DNA from: a bacterium | GTDB lineage: Bacteria; Bdellovibrionota_C; UBA2361; SZUA-149; JAEUWB01 | DNA length: 64,000 nucleotides | NCBI GenBank assembly: GCA_016786595.1 | Contig: JAEUWB010000001.1 | Location: 2,504-66,503 of the forward strand | Direction of reading: 5' to 3' | Part shown: one piece after another, positions 43,359-51,351 of the stretch | How the letters are laid out: every line of letters starts with the position of its first letter | Position numbering within the stretch: the stretch's first letter is position 1 | The notes under the pieces: model-generated | Databases searched by the model: none | Told to the model about the DNA's origin: nothing | Seen by the model: the letters and a program-made list of their open reading frames with translations, nothing else | Made by a program: the position numbers and the translations under genes

Positions 43359-44585
43359 TTGAGGAGTCGTATGCGTAAAGAGTTATTTTCAGCAGCAGTA
43401 GTTGTCGCCGCACTTGGATACTTTGTCGATGTATTCGACCTGCTACTTTTTAGCATTTTAAGAGTTCCGAGTTTAAAAGAGCTCGGACTAAACGACGCGC
43501 AAATTCTCGAACAAGGCATTCACATTCTCAATCTTCAACTCGGCGGATTAATTTTCGGTGGCATCATCTGGGGAATTCTCGGCGATAAGTTTGGCAGGCT
43601 TTCGATTTTATTTGGGTCAATCTTTCTTTACTCGATAGCTAATATCGCCTGCGCCTTTGTACAGAACGTCGAAACTTATGCCCTACTACGCTTTATCGCT
43701 GGGCTCGGTTTAGCTGGAGAGCTCGGCGCAGGCATTACTCTAGTCTCAGAATTACTTTCCAAAGAAGACCGTGGCTGGGGCACAACTCTCGTTACTGCAG
43801 TTGGTGTTGCCGGGGCAATTGTCGCTGGATTACTAGCGCAAGTTGTCTCCTGGAGAGTTTGCTATTTTATTGGCGGAGTGCTGGGCCTATTGCTTCTCGT
43901 TGCGCGCGTGAGCGTTTCAGAATCCGAGGCATTTAAAGCAATTAAATCAAAGTCTCAAGTCAAACGGGGTAGTATCCTGATGCTTTTTTCCACCTGGGAC
44001 AGAGTCAAGCGTTATCTACTTTGCATTTTGCTTGGGTTCCCAATTATGTTCGTGGTTTATATTTTTGTAACTTTTTCGCCAGAAATTTCAAAAGGACTAA
44101 ATATCACTGGGGCTGTCTCGGCAGGGACAGGAATAGTATTTTGCTATATTGGAATAACAATTGGCGATTTCCTTTTTGGCGCTCTAAGCCAAATTCTTAA
44201 AAGCCGCCGTCGCGCTTCGCTTTTATCGCTACTTGGCCTAACGGTTGGATTATTAATTCTATGGCTAGCACCGCCGCGCTCAACTGCTACAATCTATATC
44301 TATTGCACTTGTTTAGGCCTACTTTCTGCAAACTGGGCTGTATTATTAACTAGCGCAGCAGAGCAATTCGGCACGAACCTGCGCGCCACTGCAGCGACTT
44401 CGATTCCAAATATGGTGCGCGGGAGTGCAATTCTCTCCACGCTTTGCTTCAAAGATTTAAAATCCTATTTTTCGCCCTTTGATAGCGCTCTGATCGTTGG
44501 TTTTGCTTCGATTCTAATTGCCTTTATCGCTCTACAGTTTCTTGAAGAAACTTACGGTAAGGACTTGGATTTTATTGAAGAATAA
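43359..44585 (+). CDS. MFS transporter
   Basis: 408-aa ORF with about 12 hydrophobic helices and an MFS loop motif GILGDKFGRL between TM2 and TM3. Confidence 0.88.
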   Translation: MRSRMRKELFSAAVVVAALGYFVDVFDLLLFSILRVPSLKELGLNDAQILEQGIHILNLQLGGLIFGGIIWGILGDKFGRLSILFGSIFLYSIANIACAFVQNVETYALLRFIAGLGLAGELGAGITLVSELLSKEDRGWGTTLVTAVGVAGAIVAGLLAQVVSWRVCYFIGGVLGLLLLVARVSVSESEAFKAIKSKSQVKRGSILMLFSTWDRVKRYLLCILLGFPIMFVVYIFVTFSPEISKGLNITGAVSAGTGIVFCYIGITIGDFLFGALSQILKSRRRASLLSLLGLTVGLLILWLAPPRSTATIYIYCTCLGLLSANWAVLLTSAAEQFGTNLRATAATSIPNMVRGSAILSTLCFKDLKSYFSPFDSALIVGFASILIAFIALQFLEETYGKDLDFIEE

Positions 44586-44674
44586 ATAGATTTTATACTC
44601 AACAAGTTTGGGCTATTGTAACTAGCAGTTTAGCGGTGCCACCGTATTAATTAACAAATTCGGAGTTGCAGTTT

Positions 44675-45202
44675 ATGACAAGGAAAATTGTTATAGTTAT
44701 TTTGTCTTTTATTGCCGTATTTTCACTCAGCAAACAAAGCTTTGCAGAATGGAAAGGCTGTGGATGCAAGGGGCCATCAGAAGTCGATTGCTGGACAGGG
44801 AAAGTCGATTTACAGTGTTTCGATCGTTGCTTTTACGGCGACATTCGACGCCCTCCAGGATTCAGGGAAAACGCCAATCAACGTTGCAAAAAACAATGTC
44901 AAAGTTGGGTCGACAAAAATGCCTGCTGCAACGGACGCACAGTTAATGGTCAGTTTAAAGAAGGCTGCTGCGATCAAATGATTGATTTATGTGCTGCAGC
45001 TTGTCCATACAAAGACAAATCTGCAACAACCGAAGCCCAAGCTCCAGGCACACCTTCAAAGTGCGAAGTCGTTGAAGTCGAACAAAGCATTGTCGATCGC
45101 TTGGCAAATGCGGCAGATATCAACGCTGAACTCGATGCTGTCTTAAGTGAATATTTAGGGTCAGGTTCAACGACGACAAATGGAACTCCTGCTAATTATT
45201 AA
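44675..45202 (+). CDS. Cys-rich secreted protein
   Basis: 175 aa from the ATG at 44675 (GGAG lies 9 nt upstream). Signal peptide ...KQSFA-EW. About 20 Cys with CC doublets (ACCNG, GCCDQ) and CAAACPYKD. Ser/Thr-rich tail. Confidence 0.65.
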   Translation: MTRKIVIVILSFIAVFSLSKQSFAEWKGCGCKGPSEVDCWTGKVDLQCFDRCFYGDIRRPPGFRENANQRCKKQCQSWVDKNACCNGRTVNGQFKEGCCDQMIDLCAAACPYKDKSATTEAQAPGTPSKCEVVEVEQSIVDRLANAADINAELDAVLSEYLGSGSTTTNGTPANY

Positions 45203-45242
45203 GTCGTTGATTAATACAGCAACCAGTAGCTGTGGATTTAAA

Positions 45243-45653
45243 TCAGCTATTGGTTGTTCCGCGTTGTGAATCAACTGCTGCACTTGCAGCCTTGACCCCC
45301 TCTGTCCATCCGGCAAGCAAGTCAACGCCGATCAAAATTAGCATTACTCCAAAGGCTTTTTTCAGCACTGCAACTGATAGCTGATTACTAATAGTTGCAC
45401 CAATCCATGCACCTACCACAGACCCAATCATGATATACACTGCAAGCTTAAGGTCGACATTATTATACTGAAATTGACGGATTACGCCTGACACGGCAGT
45501 GGGAATAATTACAGCCAGTGACGTGCCCATCGCTAAGTGTGGGTTGATTCCGAAAATCGCGATTAATGCTGGAATTAAAATCACCCCACCACCGAGGCCA
45601 AAAATTCCAGCAAAAGCACCAGTAACAAGTCCAAGTATTACGTAAGCAAACAT
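45243..45653 (-). CDS. TauE/SafE-family (sulfite-exporter-like) membrane protein, half-size
   Basis: 136-aa ORF with GIFGLGGGVILIPAL motif and four helices. Typical family members are about twice this length. Confidence 0.65.
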   Translation of the reverse strand: MFAYVILGLVTGAFAGIFGLGGGVILIPALIAIFGINPHLAMGTSLAVIIPTAVSGVIRQFQYNNVDLKLAVYIMIGSVVGAWIGATISNQLSVAVLKKAFGVMLILIGVDLLAGWTEGVKAASAAVDSQRGTTNS

Positions 45654-45682
45654 AGTGTTCCTCTTGTAAGATGCCCAGGATA

Positions 45683-46771
45683 CTAAGATTGGGCAGGAAT
45701 AAATTTTTCCGCAAGCTTAAATTTAATGTGCGGTCCTTCCTCAGGTGTATCAACAAATCTAAACTCTGACGTGCTGATACCCGCAAAGTCTCTCTCGCTC
45801 CTAAAGAACTCAACTAAGGTCTGACCAGCAGCATTCGCTTGGGCTATAACGTTAGCAAACTCATAAGCGATAGCCGCGAAACCGATTTGACTAAGATTGC
45901 CGTATTGCTTTTGATAGCGCTCGATAAATTCTGGTTTAATTTCAATGCTTACAAAATGTGCCGCATCCATCGTTCCCTGCGCAACAAGTATTTCGCTCTG
46001 ACTGTCAAAGTAGTTTGTGCCAAAAGTATCAAACGTTGCTTGCAGTTGTCGGCGCTGAATATAAAATTGACTAATCTGCCCATGCGCTAAAAACACACCA
46101 ACGATATCAGCTTGTCGTTGTTGGATTTTTAGAATTAAGCTGCGAAAATCATTCTCTGCGGCAGAAACCCGCTCTACTGACACAACCATCTGAGTTCGTG
46201 CTGCAGCAACTCGACTTAAGGATTCAGAGAGTATTTCTAGATAAGGGTTATCGCTGAGGATCACTTGGATCTGACGAATCTTACGATCTTCAAGGGCTGC
46301 TATCTGAGTCTCCATGAAATCGCGTGAGGAATTCATAAAGCGCATAAAGTATTTTTTACCACGCGATGACTCCTCATCTACGCACTCCCCGACGGTATAT
46401 ATTTTTCGAGCTTCCGCAAGTGGTGCAATGGCCTTACAGAAGGCAACTCCCCAGGTAAAAATTAAGTCAACTTGGTCTCGCTCAACTAATTTATTAAAAG
46501 TCGTAATCGCCGCTGCCGGGCTTAGTTCGGCGTTTTCATAGATAAAATTAATTTGCGAGAATTTTTCTGGATTGTCCTTGCGTGCAAGCTCGACGGCATT
46601 GCGAATCGCAATGCCGTAATCGGCACCGGGGCCGCTCAGCGTGAGAATCATACCGACTTTGAATGGTCGGAGATTATTCGACGCTGATTGAGTCGGCTCT
46701 GCCCAAGTAGCTTGGCTGATCAAAATAGCGATTAATACTGTGAGTGCGAACTTAAAACTTCTAAGTCTCAT
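45683..46771 (-). CDS. ABC-transporter periplasmic substrate-binding protein (type 1 PBP, Leu/Ile/Val-binding-like)
   Basis: 362-aa ORF with a signal peptide, and KVGMILTLSGPGADYG and FTWGVAF patterns of the LivK-like family. No permease or ATPase gene is adjacent. Confidence 0.75.
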   Translation of the reverse strand: MRLRSFKFALTVLIAILISQATWAEPTQSASNNLRPFKVGMILTLSGPGADYGIAIRNAVELARKDNPEKFSQINFIYENAELSPAAAITTFNKLVERDQVDLIFTWGVAFCKAIAPLAEARKIYTVGECVDEESSRGKKYFMRFMNSSRDFMETQIAALEDRKIRQIQVILSDNPYLEILSESLSRVAAARTQMVVSVERVSAAENDFRSLILKIQQRQADIVGVFLAHGQISQFYIQRRQLQATFDTFGTNYFDSQSEILVAQGTMDAAHFVSIEIKPEFIERYQKQYGNLSQIGFAAIAYEFANVIAQANAAGQTLVEFFRSERDFAGISTSEFRFVDTPEEGPHIKFKLAEKFIPAQS

Positions 46772-46908
46772 ATTAGTTCCTCTAAAATGCTAAAAGTTGT
46801 CATTTGGAGATCCATTCGACTACTTTCCTCGCCATCAATAGCTCGTCAATTGGCTCAGGATGACAGGTTTTCCTGTCATCACTGACCTGCTAGCGGTCTC
46901 AACAATAA

Positions 46909-47096
46909 CCTTGTCATCTTGAGTGAGTTGCAAATGAATGAAATGAATTTGCAACGAATCGAAAGATCCCCAAATAAATACAACTGCTTCTTGGCTTGTC
47001 AGCCAGAGTAGGTTTTTGCCGCATAGGCTGGAGAGCTTTCGACTTCGGGTTTAACTCGCATCTGCTCGTTAAACCTTCCGCTCAAGATGACAAGTT
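46909..47096. repeat. Family-4 large palindromic element, copy 1
   Basis: Outer arms CTTGTCATCTTGAG (46911-46924) and CTCAAGATGACAAG (47081-47094). Inner TCGAAAGATCCCC / GGAGAGCTTTCGA. Motifs are shared with 60143-60294. Confidence 0.7.
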
Positions 47097-47247
47097 TTGT
47101 TCTCCGCTACGCTTTTCAAGCAGGCCGAGGATCGCAGATTCCCTAAAAACTGTCATATTTGTCGACAGTTATGCTGAGTTATGCGATTAATATTCTATAA
47201 CTACTGGGTAATAATGTTGTCGGAAAATTCGACACTTTTTGCTGAGA

Positions 47248-47988
47248 ATGAACAAAAAACAGATTATCAAAAGCTTAAGCGAATTTGGCCTGCGCGAAGA
47301 GGAGGCTAAATTATATTTAGCAACTCTTACTCTGAATCGCGCCACAGTGTTACAACTTGCTCGTGAATCAGAGATTAAGCGCACAACAGTCTATTCATTA
47401 TTAGAAGGTCTAATCCAAAAGGGATTAATCAGCCAAGAAGTTGGTGGTGCGCGTAAACGTTATACTGCTGAAGACCCCGACAAGTTAATTGAACTTTTAA
47501 AACATCGCCAGGAAAGTTTGCAAGAAATCCTGCCTGAGCTCTCAGCGCTGCAAAGTCTACATGGCGGTGAAAGTCTAATAAAATATTATCAAGGATTGGA
47601 ATCGATCAAAGGTGTCTATGAAGGATTAATCAAAGATGTCCGTCCGGGGAATGATTATTTTGTAATCTCCGACCAAGCTCAATGGCTCAAGCATGACCCA
47701 AAGTTCTTTGAGGATTTTTCTAGACGACGCGGCCGACTAGATGTCAATATTCGGTTACTGTTAGTTAACAATGCTACTTCCTGCGCATACCAAAAACGGG
47801 AGCGAGAACTTAATGTAAAAATTAAGCTTCTGCCGAAAGGAACCACGTTAAGAACAAATCTTGTAGTGACGCCACAAAAAGTTGTGATTCATCAACTGAT
47901 TCCCCCACTTTTTGCTTTAGTCATAGAAAACAAAAGTATTATTCAGATGCAAAGTGAATATTTTAAAATCCTTTGGGAGCGAATCTAG
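47248..47988 (+). CDS. TrmB-family transcriptional regulator
   Basis: 246 aa from the ATG at 47248 (the track's TTG is at 47239). HTH: FGLREEEAKLYLATLTLNRATVLQLARESEIKRTTVYSLLEGL. Confidence 0.8.
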   Translation: MNKKQIIKSLSEFGLREEEAKLYLATLTLNRATVLQLARESEIKRTTVYSLLEGLIQKGLISQEVGGARKRYTAEDPDKLIELLKHRQESLQEILPELSALQSLHGGESLIKYYQGLESIKGVYEGLIKDVRPGNDYFVISDQAQWLKHDPKFFEDFSRRRGRLDVNIRLLLVNNATSCAYQKRERELNVKIKLLPKGTTLRTNLVVTPQKVVIHQLIPPLFALVIENKSIIQMQSEYFKILWERI

Positions 47989-48570
47989 CTAAGCAGACGA
48001 AGCATAATCTTCAGTCCAATTTCCACTGAATCACAGATTAACTCTTCCGATAACCCTGTTTCTCCCCTTAATTGAGCGCGCTGCAGGTAGACATAATAGG
48101 CTTGTTTTCTGGCTTGTAAAATGACCGGTGGTGGAAGATCATGTTGCAAAGCAATTCCTACCAGTAATAGTCGATCAATCCTTCCATTACCCTCAGAGCA
48201 TGGATGTATTTTCTCAAAATCGGATTAGGAACCGAAACGCAGCTTGATGACTCTTAGCTTCTAGCTGTTCGACTAATGTTTTTTTTGGGTAGAATCAGGT
48301 TATCAAAGATCACTGCTGCGGTGTCATTCTCGAATAACGTACTGCCCTCGATGCCGTTTGTATTATATGTCAGCATCAACTATCGCGTCAGCATCCAAAG
48401 TGATGCCGATACAACGCTTCGATTTTCTCTTTGGCTTTTTTACGTGGGACGCTACGTTCATTAATCCAACTATTAAGTGTTACAAAAGACACCTTCAATG
48501 CCTGGGCCAATTTTTCCTGAGTAAAGCCAGTTTCTTTGCTTAATTTTCGGAGTTTTAAGGCCTCATCCAT
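47985..48570 (-). pseudogene. Frameshifted HTH(XRE)-Fic family gene
   Basis: Three frames are needed. (1) 48570-48388: XRE-type HTH. (2) about 48379-48250: ...TNGIEGSTLFENDTAAVIFDNLILPKK, breaking near an A8 run. (3) 48224-47985: Fic motif HPCSEGNGRIDR through to the stop. No single intact ORF exists. Confidence 0.8.
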
Positions 48571-48602
48571 AACTTTATAAAGTTTGTAAAGTTATATAAA
48601 GT

Positions 48603-49406
48603 TTAAGTTTTTATAGTTAATCCAATTGGGCAATGGTCTGAACCTTTAATCTTATCGTAAATCTTGGCATCTATAATCTTTTTACGTAGCCCTTCGGCTA
48701 CTAGAAAATAGTCGATTCTCCAGCCTAAATTTTTAGGTCGAGCGTTTGCACGATAAGACCACCAAGTATAACTCTTGGGCCTGTCTCCATGCACTTCACG
48801 GTAGGTATCAATTAGACCTAAATCCAAAAAACTCGAAAACCACTCACGCTCTTCCGGTAAGAATCCTGTGAGCTTCTGCCGTGTCGCAGTTTCTGGATGA
48901 TGAATATCAATTTCTCGATGACAAATATTAAAATCACCACAAATCACCAGACGCTTACGGTCATTGGGTTTTAATTTTTTAACGGCTTTCGTGAACTGCT
49001 CTAGGAATTCATATTTCAAACCCTGGCGCTCATCTCCCGACGTGCCTGATGGGATATAAACATTCCAGAGTAGATACGCGCCTAGGTCCGTCTCTACTAG
49101 ACGCCCTTCCCCATCGGTAACTTTGTGTCCGAGTTTACGCGGCACAGCTGACTTCGATTCTACTCCATTAGTGTATGTGCCAACCCCCGAGTAGCCCTTT
49201 TTTGCAGCAAAGCTTTCGCCTACAGTGTAGTTTTTAAAACGTAATGCAGTAGTGATTTGGTGGGCTTGAATCTTTAACTCTTGTAAGCAGACGATTTGAG
49301 GTTTTTCTTTGACAACAAAGTTATTTAATCCCTTCCCCCAAGCGGCGCGAATGCCGTTGATATTCCACGAAATCAGTTTAATCGATCTGCTATTTCTTCT
49401 TGCCAT
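48603..49406 (-). CDS. xth: Exodeoxyribonuclease III
   Basis: 267-aa ORF with ISWNINGIRA, CLQELK, GDFNICH and GSDHCP motifs of the EEP/ExoIII family. Confidence 0.93.
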   Translation of the reverse strand: MARRNSRSIKLISWNINGIRAAWGKGLNNFVVKEKPQIVCLQELKIQAHQITTALRFKNYTVGESFAAKKGYSGVGTYTNGVESKSAVPRKLGHKVTDGEGRLVETDLGAYLLWNVYIPSGTSGDERQGLKYEFLEQFTKAVKKLKPNDRKRLVICGDFNICHREIDIHHPETATRQKLTGFLPEEREWFSSFLDLGLIDTYREVHGDRPKSYTWWSYRANARPKNLGWRIDYFLVAEGLRKKIIDAKIYDKIKGSDHCPIGLTIKT

Positions 49407-49453
49407 TTAAGTTCTACTCTTAGATACTTCAGCAATCATCTAGGAGATTCCCG

Positions 49454-49855
49454 ATGAATCAGCAACAGCAAAATCCACTACTAATCCAAAGAATTATCTG
49501 GGGCGCGTTATTTTTTTCGATATTTATTTATGCGCTGGCTTTGAATTTAGCTGCAACAGGCGGAGGCGGTAAGGATATTTCGGAATTAAGTTCAATTTTT
49601 CCAGCAATTGCTACGGTTTTAGCTGCATTGTCGCTAACAATTAAAAGTATTGTGTCCAAGCCATTTGCGGCTGCGGCTCAAGCAAATCCGAATTTTAATT
49701 CTAATCTCGTAACAATGATTATCAGATTGGCTTTGGCTGACAGTGTTGCAGTTCTGGGTTTTGTGTTGGGTTTTTTGGCAAAACAACCTGAGGTTGCATA
49801 TCCTTATTTTACTGCTGCCGGGGTGTTAATGATTTTTGCCTGGCCGAAGGAGTAG
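49454..49855 (+). CDS. Hypothetical membrane protein
   Basis: 133-aa ORF with four hydrophobic helices. No family recognised. Confidence 0.55.
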   Translation: MNQQQQNPLLIQRIIWGALFFSIFIYALALNLAATGGGGKDISELSSIFPAIATVLAALSLTIKSIVSKPFAAAAQANPNFNSNLVTMIIRLALADSVAVLGFVLGFLAKQPEVAYPYFTAAGVLMIFAWPKE

Positions 49856-49888
49856 TTTGAGCGGCTAAGCCAAAGAGAGTTGAAGAAA

Positions 49889-49927
49889 CTTAGGCTTAGG
49901 CTTAGGCTTGAACTTTTCCTTAACCTC
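49889..49927. repeat. Family-1 element half-site with triplicated CTTAGG
   Basis: CTTAGGCTTAGGCTTAGGCTTGAACTTTTCCTTAACCTC. No matching right arm is nearby. Confidence 0.5.
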
Positions 49928-49966
49928 AGATTACAAGCAGGTGGGTGGAGTATTTACCTTAAATAT

Positions 49967-50244
49967 TTCTTTCTCGCGCAGTGTTGTTGGTCGAGCTAAA
50001 GTTCGACGCAAAAAATAACCCCAAAGAAACCTTTCGTTTTCTTTGGCTTTACCTTTCTTTTCCGAACTGGGTGACTTGTCGTCCTAACGGACGACGCTCA
50101 AAGTCACAAAAAGAAAGCTTACCGCTTTCTTTTTGCCTTCTTTTTCTTTCTCGCGCAGTGTTGTTGGTCGAAGCTAAAGTTCGACGCAAAAAATAACCCC
50201 AAAGAAACCTTTCGTTTTCTTTGGCTTTACCTTTCTTTTCCGAA
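49967..50244. repeat. Two direct copies of a ~100-bp hairpin-rich unit separated by a family-2 module
   Basis: 49967-50066 and 50144-50244 are identical except for one extra A. Between them are GTGACTTGTCGTCC-TAAC-GGACGAC..AAGTCAC (50071-50107) and CAAAAAGAAAGC-TTACCG-CTTTCTTTTTG (50107-50136). Confidence 0.85.
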
Positions 50245-50256
50245 AAAGAAAGGTAA
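50227..50256 (-). terminator. Hairpin immediately 3' of tRNA-fMet
   Basis: 13-bp perfect stem TTACCTTTCTTTT / AAAAGAAAGGTAA with a 4-nt loop, starting 2 nt after the tRNA 3' end. Confidence 0.55.
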
Positions 50257-50257
50257 A

Positions 50258-50334
<77 letters not shown>

Positions 50335-50386
50335 ATATGGTGAGATCCTGAGAAGATGGGGGTTTTACGGGACAAAACGGCGGTTG

Positions 50387-51139
50387 TCAATTACTTCTCT
50401 CTAAATCGACGGAAATATCGATAATCTCGCCTACTGGCAAGTTACCCAGCGAGAATTTACCAAAAGAAATGCGGCTTAGGGCTTGCACGGGAAGTCCGAC
50501 GGATTTGAGGATTTTTTTAACAAAATGCTTACTGCCTTCGGCTACAGTAATTTCTAAATAGCTTTCTGCGCTTGAACATTTTCCTAAGAGTTCAAGCGCG
50601 CGGGGGCTAGGCTGGAGATCGTGCACGGCTTTGGCACAAGCTTTGAAGTTGGATTTTTTTAGAGCAATATTTACTCCGTTGAGGAGTTGGCTACGTTTGT
50701 CGCGGTCGAGTTTGCCTGAGACTTTTGCCCAGTAGATGCGGTTAATTGAATAGCGTGGGTGCGCGAGTTGTTCAGCGAAGTCCCCGTTATTGGTCAGTAG
50801 TAATAAGCCTGAGACGTCGCGATCAAGGCGACCGACGGGAAAGAGTCGTGTTTTGAAATTTTTTACTAAATCGCCAACACATTTTGCGCCGCGAGGATCG
50901 GACATAGCGGTGATGATGCCGCGTGGTTTATGGAAGAGGTAGAGTTTTTTATTTTGAATTTCAAGAGTGCGCGGGGTAGATTTTTCGATGAGCTCAATTT
51001 TGTCGGTAGCGGGGTCGATGTTTAAGCCGAGCTTAGTAACAATTTCCCCGTTTACTTTGACTTTTCCGGCACTGATTAGTGTTTCGGCTTTACGCCGGGA
51101 AGTAACTCCTGCCTGGGCTAAAAAGCTCTGTAATCGCAC
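50387..51139 (-). CDS. rluB: 23S/16S rRNA pseudouridine synthase (RsuA/RluB family)
   Basis: 250-aa ORF with an N-terminal S4 domain (RLQSFLAQAGVTSRRKAE) and catalytic GRLDRDVSGLLLLTNNG. Confidence 0.85.
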   Translation of the reverse strand: MRLQSFLAQAGVTSRRKAETLISAGKVKVNGEIVTKLGLNIDPATDKIELIEKSTPRTLEIQNKKLYLFHKPRGIITAMSDPRGAKCVGDLVKNFKTRLFPVGRLDRDVSGLLLLTNNGDFAEQLAHPRYSINRIYWAKVSGKLDRDKRSQLLNGVNIALKKSNFKACAKAVHDLQPSPRALELLGKCSSAESYLEITVAEGSKHFVKKILKSVGLPVQALSRISFGKFSLGNLPVGEIIDISVDLERSN

Positions 51140-51351
51140 GTTTTGTGAAGTCCTTGCTTAGTTTTTTGTGATGACAAGGCATAGCAAAAACAGGGCGAAA
51201 ACCACAGCGATACTGGCCAGGTTGTAAATTTTAATAAAACCTAGTAAATTCAAGACCTTTAGCTACTGAACAGCGATACTAGACGGTGATACTAAGCAGT
51301 GAAGCTGAGATTCTCAGATGTCGTTTACTTATTGAGAGATGTAATTAGCAG

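Noticed and set aside
45463-45813. 116-aa minus-strand ORF spanning the TauE-like start and the SBP stop
   Set aside because: It overlaps two better-supported genes out of frame and has no independent signals.
49967-50244. Possible CRISPR array
   Set aside because: There are only two copies of a ~100-bp unit with a 77-bp spacer that is itself a repeat-family member. There are no short regular repeats, no spacer series and no cas genes.
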